Assembly: GCF_018977255.1 (NCBI RefSeq)
Contig: NW_024704948.1
Coordinates: forward strand, 1 to 64,000
DNA length: 64,000 nt
Source: Callorhinchus milii
Lineage: Eukaryota
Direction of reading: 5' to 3'
Below are positions 49,139 to 58,812 of the stretch, piece by piece. The first letter of the stretch is position 1, and each line of letters starts with the position of its first letter. The notes beneath the pieces were generated by a model that was not told where the DNA came from, did not search any database, and was given only the letters and a program-made list of their open reading frames with translations. Position numbers and translations under genes: made by a program.

Positions 49139-50257
49139 CGCCGTATGTACTTAACGGCACGGGGCGTTGAGAGAGCGTTGATGGTGTAGTTGGAGAATGG
49201 TTCCTGGGAGGTTATAAGATACGGTGAGGAGGGCTGAACAGGAAACAACGTACAGAAGTTAACATATGCTGTGAGGGAGCAGGTCTCAGGGTTATGTACA
49301 AACCTTGTGTCTGTGTCATTGTACGTCATCTTCTCTGCTCTGCCATCTCGTTCCTCCATTGGTTCTCTTCCATCACTGACATGTCTTCGTTCAGGCAGGT
49401 GTCTGACACCTGCAGCAAGTTACACACATATTTCAGTTCATCCAAAATAATTGCATGAGTTCCACATCTCTGTGCCATCTGTGCGTGTCAATGTTCCTGT
49501 GGAAAGCAACTTGCTTTCCTCTTGGAAGGACATATCCAGATTAAATATCTTCGCAGATCCCTAGGCAAAGACCGTCAAGGGTCTTGGGCATGTTTACTTA
49601 CTCCATACGCCTTATTATATTCCCTCCAAAACAATTTAAAAAATCATTTTCCATCAACGACTGTTTGTGGGACACTGCTGTGCGCAATTGGCTGCTACGT
49701 TTCGCCCACAAATATACGGCCAATTCACATTACAGTATAATCTGTGAAGCGCTTTGAGAAGTTTAGAAGACGTGAAAAGCGCTATATCGAATGCAATGAT
49801 TATTTATTATTATTGGAAGAAACAAGTCTCTGAATCTGATTTAAGTACTTAATATTTTCTTTTATTATTAATATCCAGGATTGGTATGCCATCTGTCTCG
49901 TTGCGGGAATAACATAGTGCTCTCTCCAGATGCTGCAATATGTAAACATTTCTGTATATATAATAATAATCCTTGCCTGCGATATAGCACCTAATCATGC
50001 ATTCGAGATGTGCCGATGAGCTTCACAGTATATAATAATCATAATGATAATCATTCCATTTATTATGTAACCTGATTACGTGATCGAGACGTCTGAAATC
50101 GCCTCCCAAATATCATGTAATCTGAATTGGTTCGATGTTTGTTGGGCGCAGTGTGGCGGCAAATTTACCCCGAAGCTAAGAGGCAGAAAGTAAGAGGCAA
50201 TGAGTGCTGAGCAGTTACTGTGATGAACAAGAGGGGAATTGCCGGCTGATCACTGGA

Positions 50258-50296
50258 GGTTTGTGTACGGCCTCTCCATGTTATTGTCTCACTGTG
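50258..50296 (-). other. 23-RSS of V20
   Basis: CACAGTG-23-ACACAAACC. Confidence 0.92.
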
Positions 50297-50744
50297 TCTC
50301 CACTGCACACAAGTAGGTGGCGGCGTCTGTCACTTCAGTGCCTGTGATGCTCAGATTACTGCCCTTCTCTCTATAGTTCATTGTAGCTGTGATCCTCTTA
50401 TTCTGCTGCTCTCCTGTCTTTCCTGATACCAAGTGTTTGAGGGCCTGTTTCGGATACTGTCTGTACCATTGTAAGACTTGATTCGATACTGTCGTTGAAC
50501 AGCTGAGAAGCACCTCGTCCTTCTCCCCAACGGTCACAGAGAGTGGCGACTGCGAGACTGCATCCTGACCACTGACACCTGGTAATACAAGAAAATCTGT
50601 TTGTGAAACTCACTCGATAATTGTGGTCGAATTAAATACAATTTCTCGCAAAGCGCAAGCGGGGTTTATCGATGAAACATACTCACCCAAGAGGAACACG
50701 GCAGCTTTCAGGAGGATGAAGAGTAAAATATATTCGCGATTCAT
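50297..50744 (-). CDS. TCR V gene V20 (family D, YLCAVET)
   Basis: Leader 50687-50744 MNREYILLFILLKAAVFLL, V exon 50297-50578, open. Confidence 0.92.
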
Positions 50745-51689
50745 AGCCATCTTTCAACGCTTTAGTGAAGAAATGTAAGTTTCCTTTAAACCTTAGGCAG
50801 GTTTCCTTATTCCAAGCCCTTATGTCTGCCGAATAATAGGTAGGAAACCGCTTGTTAGTCGATTTGCGGTTACCGTTCCAGTTGAAATTGTCCCTGAAAA
50901 AATATTGTCACTCAATCCACGACTGTTTGAGGATCTCTGCTGTGTCCAATTCGTACTCGAGTTTCGCCCATGAAATACGCAGTCACTAACATTGCAGTAT
51001 TGTCTGTCAAGCGATTTGTGCTGTCTCGTTGACTTGATAGGCGCTGTATCAAATGGAAAGAATTATTATCAGATAGATAGTCAAAAAGAAGGTTGGACGA
51101 GGTATTCAATGGAGGCCGCTGAGTGTGTGTAGACGACTCGTGAATGGCCTCATGTGTGTTGGTTTCACATCCCCGGGGGCACATTGTCAATTTGGTAACG
51201 AGCCATTGAGAGGGTTCAAAACGAAAAGGGAGGATCCACGTGAAGTCAGCAGTTTCTCAGATGTCTCTGCCCCAGTTTGTTGAAAGATTCCTTCCCGCCC
51301 CTTTCCGGTCTCTGTTTCCGTATTACAGCCATTTGGGTAAAAAACAGGTTGGTTTGTATGTTCAAAGCGTTTTCTGGCCTAACTCACAGCTTCATGTCAT
51401 TGCACTGTACTGTGTAGTTCGCAGAATCAGACTTCATAATTTACCATTTATTTTCGTTAACTGGGAATCTGTCACATGTGGAAACCCATCATCATGATTA
51501 TGGTTGTTCAAATCCAGATCAAGCGGAAAAATATCGGGTTAATCGTTCCATTTGATACAACATCTAAACGCATCTTTTAGACGGCCGAAAGTGCCTCGAA
51601 GAATATAATGTTAAGTAATAAAAGGACGATTTGAGAGTGGGAGACAGGATTTGTCCTTAAATTGTCCTAAGAAACCTCTCTCTCACCCA

Positions 51690-51835
51690 ACAGACCCCAG
51701 TTCTGACGAAGAGTCGGTGACCGGAATCGTTGACTCACTTTAGTTTCTCAATAGATGGTGTCTAACCTGATGAGTATCTCCAGCTCTCCCTGGTTTTGTT
51801 TCAGATTCCAGCATCTGCAGTATTTTGTGTTTCGA
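51690..51835 (+). mobile_element. Penelope-like element terminal remnant
   Basis: CTGACGAAGAGTCGGTGACCGGAATCGTTGAC..CCTGATGAGTATCTCCAGC..TTTCAGATTCCAGCATCTGCAGTATTTTG resembles the common chondrichthyan Penelope-type terminal repeat (recalled pattern). Confidence 0.55.
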
Positions 51836-52237
51836 TAATGTAAAGTAAATTGACAGTATGATTTGCGGATAAATTACGCAGCCAATTTTGCACAGCAATG
51901 CCCCAAATATCTAGTTGTGAAATATGCTTTAATGATTGTTATTAAATAAATTTTTGGGGTATTGCCAAAATTTCATACTTATAGTTCGACAAACAGCGGC
52001 GAGAGTGTAAATAAAGGAAGCTTGGGAAGGATTTAGCGCTCTCATGACCGTTAATGAAACTCAGGTCCTCTCGTTTGCAAGGCGAGTGTTATAACCACAA
52101 TATTACAGGACACCAAAGCCCTGCATGCGTGACACGAACAGGCCGTCATCAACAAGGAAATTGAGGTAAACTTAGTGCGGTGAGTGCTGAGCAGTTATTG
52201 TGATGAACAAGAGGGGAATTGCTGACTGATCACTGGT

Positions 52238-52276
52238 GGTTTATGTACGGCCTCTCTATGTGATTGTGTCACTGTG
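52238..52276 (-). other. 23-RSS of V21
   Basis: CACAGTG-23-ACATAAACC. Confidence 0.9.
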
Positions 52277-52725
52277 TCTCCACTGCACACAAGTAGGTGG
52301 CGGCGTCTGTCACTTCTGTGCCTGTGATGGTCAGATTACTGCTGCTGTCTCTATAGTTCATTGTAGCTGTGATCCTCTCCTTCTGCTGCTCTCCTGTCTT
52401 TCCTGTTACCAGGTGTTTGAGAGCCTGGTTCGGATACTGTCTGTACCATTGTAAAGCTTGAGTTGTTCCTTTTGCGGAACAATTGATAAGCACGTTTTCC
52501 TTCTCCCCAACAGTCACAGAGAGTGGCGTCTGGTAGACATCTTCCTGACCACTGACTCCTGGTAAACGAAAGAAAATCAGTTAATGAAACTCACTCGTTA
52601 ATTGTGGTCGAATTAAATACAATTTCTCGGAAAGCGCAAGCGGGGTTCATCTGTGAAACATACTCACCCCATAGGAACACGGCAGCTTTCAGGAGGATGA
52701 AGAGTAAAGTGTATTCGCGCTTCAT
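52277..52725 (-). CDS. TCR V gene V21 (family D, YLCAVET)
   Basis: Leader 52668-52725 MKREYTLLFILLKAAVFLW, V exon 52277-52558, open. Confidence 0.92.
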
Positions 52726-53079
52726 AGCCAATCTTTCAGCGCTTTAATGAAGAAACTAAAATTGCCTTTAAAACCGTAGGCAGTTTTCCTTATTCCACGC
52801 GTCTCTCTTTAATCGACAGTAAACAGGAACCCGACTGCGAGTCGATCTGCGGATCGCTTTACAGGGCTATTGATCCCTCAAAAAGATTGTCACTCAATCC
52901 ACGACTCTTCGAGATACTCTGCGGTGCACGGTTCGTTCTCGAGTTTCGCCGCCCAACCAATACACGCTCAAAAGACTTGAGAGGATATTCCATGAATCGA
53001 TTTGAGACGCCTCAGGGACGAGATAAGGCACTTTATCAACGGTCAAAGATTATTATGGCATAGACAGTCAACAGAATGC

Positions 53080-53300
53080 AGGACGAGTTGTTCAGTGGAA
53101 GCCCCTGAGTATGTGCAGACGGCTGGAAATGGCCTAATGTGTGTTGGCTTCACATCCCCGGGGGAGGTTTCAATTTGGTAACGAGGTGAAACGAGCCATT
53201 GAGAGGGTTCAAAGCGAAATGGTAGGAGTCATGTGACGTCAGCAGTTTCTCAGATGTCTCTGCCCCAATTAGTTGAAAGTTTCGTTCCCTCCTCTTTCCT
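53080..53300. promoter_or_regulatory. CRE-bearing junction module upstream of V21
   Basis: Perfect TGACGTCA at 53234-53241. Homologs at 1-130, 13810-14050, 30675-30910, 41390-41610 and 51090-51310. Confidence 0.45.
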
Positions 53301-54039
53301 TTCTACACTTCTGGATTACACGAGTTTGGGTACAAAACACACGTTTTCAAGCATGACTCATTTCTACGAGCTTCTGGGTTGTACGATTGGTTTCGCTGAA
53401 TGACGCTTCATATATTAACATTTATTTTTGTTACCCTGGTGTCTGACACATATGGAAACCAATCACCATGCCTATGGTTGTCCAAATCAACGTGTGAGTT
53501 ATAATCAACCTTGCGTTCGATACAACGCCTTATCACTTTTCCGAGTTATCTCTCTATACGGCCTTCAGGTGATACACGGTTAAGTGTATCGACAGTGTAT
53601 TTTGTGGGGAAAATGCCAATTGCGCCAAAACAGCGTCTGACAAACAGTCGCTGATCGAGCGACCAATTTTTTTAATGGTATATTACCACCGAAAAAGCGC
53701 TCCTCCAATCTATTGATAACCGGGTTCCTAGTTACGGCTCAGCAAACCAATAAAGTGAATAATAATAATCCTTCCATTTGACATAACGCATTATCACTTC
53801 TTCGAGACGTTACATAGTATTTCACAGACTTTACTGTGAAGTGAAATGACTGTACATGTTATGGACTAAATGCGGCAGCCAGTTGCGCAACGCAGTGTCA
53901 CACAAACAGTTGTGCGTTGAGATAAAGAACTGTTTATCATTATTACAATTATATCATTATTGTAAAGGAATTATTATCCAGAGAAAGACGCTCCGCCAAT
54001 CAACTAAAACCTACGTATTGCTAGGTAATCAGACGCCTA

Positions 54040-54460
54040 ATAATAATAATAATCCTTGCATTTGATATCGCGCTTTTCAAGTCGGGAGGACGACCCACAG
54101 CGCTTCACAGAACACACTGTAAAGTGAATTGACTGTATATTTGTGGGCGAACGCGGCAGCCAATTGCGCACAGCAATGTCCCACAAACAGTCGTAGATTA
54201 AAAATGACCGATTTATTATTGTTTTTGTTTTTTGGAGGGATTAATATTAGACGTGTGGAGTAAGGAAACTTGCCCAAGGTTTCGCCATGACCTGCCTGGG
54301 AATGAACTCTGGTCTCTCGCTTGCAAAGCGAGTGCTCTCACCACTGAGCTACAGGATTCCGCATAAGGAGTAAGGAAACATGTCCAATGTTTTGCCCTGC
54401 CGGGAATCAACCCACGTCTCTCGTTTGCGAGGCGAGTGCTCTAAACTTTGAGCTCCAGTA
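54040..54460 (-). mobile_element. Young SINE (54040-54360) plus a second tandem tRNA head (54365-54460) abutting the V22 RSS
   Basis: There are two successive CTCGC..GCGAGTGCTCT..GAGCT head motifs. The tail GTGAAGCGCTGTGGGTCGTCCTCCCGACTTGAAAAGCGCG is near 54060-54110. Confidence 0.78.
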
Positions 54461-54469
54461 ACCTCAGCA

Positions 54470-54508
54470 TGTTTTTGTACAGGTCCCTCTTAGACACACA
54501 GCACTGTG
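54470..54508 (-). other. 23-RSS of V22
   Basis: CACAGTG-23-ACAAAAACA. Confidence 0.93.
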
Positions 54509-55310
54509 CTGTCCGCACAGAAGTAAGTGGCGGTGTCTGACACTCGCACGTCTTGGATTGTTAGAGTGCAGCTTCTCTGTTTTGTATTAACCAAAGCTCT
54601 TATCCTGTCCTTCACTGTTATGTCTCTTTTTCCCAAAACCAAGAACCGGATGGAGCCGTTTCCATACTGTGTGTACCACTGAAAGGTTGGGCCCGACTCA
54701 GTGGTGGTGCACTCCATAGATGCGTTTCCATTTTCATGCTGTTTCACGGTCTGGGGTCTCTGTGATACATCGCTTTCAGCCAAAGCATCTGTGCAGATAA
54801 TAATAATAATAGTAATTTTTATTATTATTAGAGAGAGAGAGACTGAGCGAGAGAAAGACTGAAAGAAGGAAACAGAAAGACTGAGAGTGAACATATTATT
54901 AAATGTCGTGACTTCGTGATTTGATGGAGAGACTGAGAGAGTGACTAAGACAGACAGAAAGAATGAGGAGGAAAATATGTTATAGAAGGTAGGGACGCTG
55001 TTTTTTTGAAGTATAGACTGAAAGGGATACTGAGAGAAAAACAGAAAGAGTAACAGGGCGAGAGAGAGAGCAACGGAGAGAGATGGAGAGAGAGAAGAGA
55101 GGGGGAGACTGAATCATATCGAGACTGAGGGTAACTGAAAGAGAAAGACTGAGAGAGAGAGGTAAAAACTGTGAAAGAGAGAAAGATTGAGATTGACGGA
55201 GAGACACTGAGATAAAGACAGAGTGAGTGAGAGTGAGTGATTCCCTACTTACATAAGAATAATATCATTATACTCAAAATAATAAATGTTGCCTTGAAAT
55301 TTTGCTTCAT
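54509..55310 (-). CDS. TCR V gene V22 (family C, YFCADS), last V in the window
   Basis: Leader 55253-55310 MKQNFKATFIILSIMILFL with GTAAGT donor. The 464-nt intron is rich in GA/CT repeats. V exon 54509-54788, open. Confidence 0.9.
54830..55240. repeat. Degenerate (GA)n tract in the V22 intron
   Basis: Direct inspection. Confidence 0.9.
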
Positions 55311-55614
55311 TCTTAACTCTCACGCAAAATTCTTTAGTAAAATGCAATGGCTAATCAGCTAAAGGCAGATAAACGTTTAGAAACGTTTGTCGAGCGACGT
55401 TAGCTGTGTCGCTTATGATTATATTCTCGGTGACGCCTTCACTAACTGCTCACTTCCTGTATATCTGGTTGTGCAAAATTCATTCACGAATCGACTAACA
55501 CCAGGACTCCGGTTTACTGAGAAGTAAACAGAGGCGATTGTGTTGATGAGAAAACAATCCCAAAATTGCTCTCTGCTCGAAAAGTGAACACACGTCCTCT
55601 CCCCTATAACGCTG

Positions 55615-55935
55615 CAGTCTCCCTCTCTCTCTCTCTCTCGCTGTATCTCAGACGCTATTTCTCTATCACTATGTCTTTCTCACTCAGTTCATCGNNNNNN
55701 NNNNNNNNNNNNNNNNNNNNNNNNNNNNNNNNNNNNNNNNNNNNNNNNNNNNNNNNNNNNNNNNNNNNNNNNNNNNNNNNNNNNNNNNNNNNNNNNNNNN
55801 NNNNNNNNNNNNNNNNNNNNNNNNNNNNNNNNNNNNNNNNNNNNNNNNNNNNNNGTCATGCACTTAGTCTCTCCCTCAATCAGTCTCTCTCACAATCTCT
55901 CTCTCTCTCTACCTCTCTCAGTCTCTCTCAGTTTC
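55615..55935. repeat. (CT)n tract spanning an N gap (55695-55854)
   Basis: CT repeats on both sides of 160 Ns. Confidence 0.85.
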
Positions 55936-56529
55936 TCACACACAATAACTCTCCAACCAGTAATCTGAAGGATTTCTACCGATTAATTTCCAGAGAGCAG
56001 CGGGATAGACTGGGGGCCCAACCGCCATTAGTGAGAGGATTGTAGGTATCGGGCAGGTCTCCATTGTTTGGGATGGTCCCAAATTCAGGTTATGGTCACA
56101 AGAGAGAGAATCCGGTTTATTTTTCTTAGACAGGGTGAAATGTCAGGCAGGTTCCCTTATTCCACACACACACCCGTGCCTCCACTTACCGAGCAGTAAC
56201 ACGCTTGTTATTCGATTGGCAGATCGCTTTTTAGGTTTAATAATTACTGAATATTAGCAATGGTAATTTTATTCGATCCAATGTTGTATTTGGGACACTG
56301 CCGTGTATTTGCCAGCCACGTTTCCCCCCAAAAATGCACAGTGAATTAAATGTGCATTTTATAATGTGAAGAGTTTGAGACGTTTCAAAGTCATGATAAG
56401 TCGCCATATCAAATAAAAGAGTATTATTATTAATGAAATTGGTAGTAGAATTAGCATTATTTAAATCTCATCAAATGATAATAATAATATCATAATAAGA
56501 GAATTATTACTATTATATTATCATTCAAC

Positions 56530-56760
56530 CGACCTCAGAGACCTCCGACCTCTCTACCAATCTACTCGCTCCCTCCGATTAGAAGTCTCCTTCTGCTTCA
56601 GATTCCCTGCCACGTCTGCCCCAACATTGTCGGGCGGACCTTCAGCCACTCTTTGCCCGCCCTCAGGGTGCAGTGCCACCGTCTCGCCCCCTCACTTGGC
56701 TCCTTCAACACCCACTTCAAAACCTCCTCTTCCACCTTGTCATCAGTTAACCTACTTCCC
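56530..56760 (+). mobile_element. Degenerate L2 RT C-terminal fragment
   Basis: C-rich; ACTCGCTCCCTCCGA..CGGACCTTCAGCCAC..TCCTTCAACACCCACTTCAAAACC parallels the end of the L2 at ~29110-29290. Confidence 0.55.
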
Positions 56761-57554
56761 AACAGAAACACACCACCCAACCCCTTTTTCCACCGTCACG
56801 AAACCCCATCGGCCCAAATTCACCCCTGTGTTTACTTCCCCTCAAGGAGGACAAGTCATTTAATGATGAACATTGTGGGCAGTTACACAGCTTAATATCA
56901 CCCCCTGGCGGAGGTAACGAGTACTGCAGGCTTTATTTTCAATTTGAGCACATTGTAAACCACAGTAAAAGGTTACACAACAGCCACCCGGTGAGATGTA
57001 GAAGAACTGATTTGGTTTCTCTGTCTGACCACTCTCTAGCATTAGATGATGATACCCAGAAAGAGGGAATGAGTAATACAATTAATGACATCAGATTCAG
57101 TGGGGAATTGCTTAATTATAAAAAATAGATTAAAAGGCAATGATAATGTATTTTTTCAATTATAATACAACACCGAATAATAGCTACGGCTCGTGGTCTT
57201 ACGTGAAAGAGGGAAAATAAACGCAGATTGAAAAAGTAAGAATAATTTAAGTGAATTCACTGGAAGCTGTAATACACCTGTCAGCCACTGGAAGGGGTTG
57301 ATGTATTGTGAACACAAGGAGGAATTACAGTGCAGCGCCGAAAACAATTGCACATACGCGTGTACTTCAGCCCACAAAGCCTCTCCAATCTGCCTGGACT
57401 TGGGCGCATTTTAAATTCCCCCTCATTCAGTGTGTTGTTATTTTCAGCTTTGGGCATCCTGCAACGTAAGCATGAATGGCCATCCAGTGGTTCAATTTAA
57501 AAGTCTTTCCGACGTAAAGGGCGCTATACAAGCGTAATTTGGTATTTTATATGG

Positions 57555-58205
57555 TTGATCCCCTCAACTTCCTCACCCACACTCAATCCCTCCACAACCT
57601 CAACAACAACCAGCCACATCTCAGCCACACCCACACTCAGTTCCTACCGGTTCCCACCAACAACCCAGCCACTCCACATCCTTACCCACAACCAGCCCAT
57701 CCCCAACCTCAGCCACATCTGCCCCCCCCCCCAACCACCTCGTCACTGGCATCCATCCCCTCCCCATCTGCACCCACAACCATTCCATCCACATCCACAC
57801 CCAATCCCAACACCTCAACCTGCGCTCCCACAAGCATCCTCTCCCCAATGTCACCTACACCCTCACCCAGCACACCCACCTGCACCGATATTCAGCAACT
57901 CCCGTTCCTCACCAACACCTACACTCACCTCCTCTCAATCCTCAACCACACCTATCTCTTCCCCATCCCCACAGCCACCCAGCCCCATACCCTCGCCGAC
58001 GACCAGTATCCCCCACCCTCAGCCACAATCAGTTCCCCCCTTCGTCAAACAAACCAAGCCCCTGTCCATCCTCAACCACACCCAGCCCCTGAACTCTCAC
58101 CCACACATTGACCCCCACATCAACCCTTCGCAGAACCACACGCCATCACACACACCTAACCCGTAGCCTCACACACTCTTTCAATCGTCAACCACACCCA
58201 GCCTC
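57555..58205. repeat. C/A-rich low-complexity tract
   Basis: Strong C over G strand skew with many CCC runs and CA-rich repeats. Confidence 0.8.
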
Positions 58206-58812
58206 TGATAATCTTGAAGCAAGTGGGATACTGGTTGGTAGTCGATTCGCTGAACATATTTTTCGGCATAATAACGGCTCCAAAAATTCACTAACAATTT
58301 GGTCACTCAAAACACGACTGTTTATGGGACACTGCTGTGCGCAAATCGCTTCCGCGTTTCGTTCATATATATACTGTGAAGTAACATTGACATTGAAGTG
58401 CATTGAGACGTCTAGAAGACGTGAAAAATGTTATCTCAAATGTGATTCTTATTATTATTTGAAAGAAACTCGATGGAAAGCAACTCATGAATGGGCCAAA
58501 CTGTTGTTCTTTATAGATGTTCATCAGAATTCAACATATTTTATTTTGTTCCCAGTATTTATTCACAACAAATAAAATGCTTCTGAATAACAAGTTTACA
58601 AAGCTTCCGTGGAGGAGTGCACATTGAGCATAATCAAACATATTTCATAACATATTTGTGACGTTTTGTATTTCAACACACAACAAAATATCCCTTCTTT
58701 TTTAGACGGAACAAGTGCATAATGCGGATCGGTTCATCATGTTATAAGGCTTCCCTTTTTGTGAATGCATTCACTGATATTTGTGAAGTTCTACTATGTG
58801 CGAAGTCAAGTC

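Noticed and set aside
1113-55207. Recurrent 60-110 aa ORFs duplicated across cassettes (e.g. 3004/17003/33856, 10697/25837)
   Set aside because: They recur only because the DNA is duplicated. They overlap SINEs or the antisense of V exons, and frames break between copies.
1-55310. NAR-TCR supporting V, TAILV or IgH-like V segments
   Set aside because: Every V has its own leader exon and TCR alpha/delta-like features. None has IgH/VNAR hallmarks such as YYCAR or a VNAR framework, and no paired NARV-D-J cassette was seen.
57539-58166. Pro/Thr-rich 190-203 aa ORFs (also 23487-24032 and 45342-45981)
   Set aside because: Low-complexity C-rich or minisatellite DNA lacking stop codons, with no domain or splice support.
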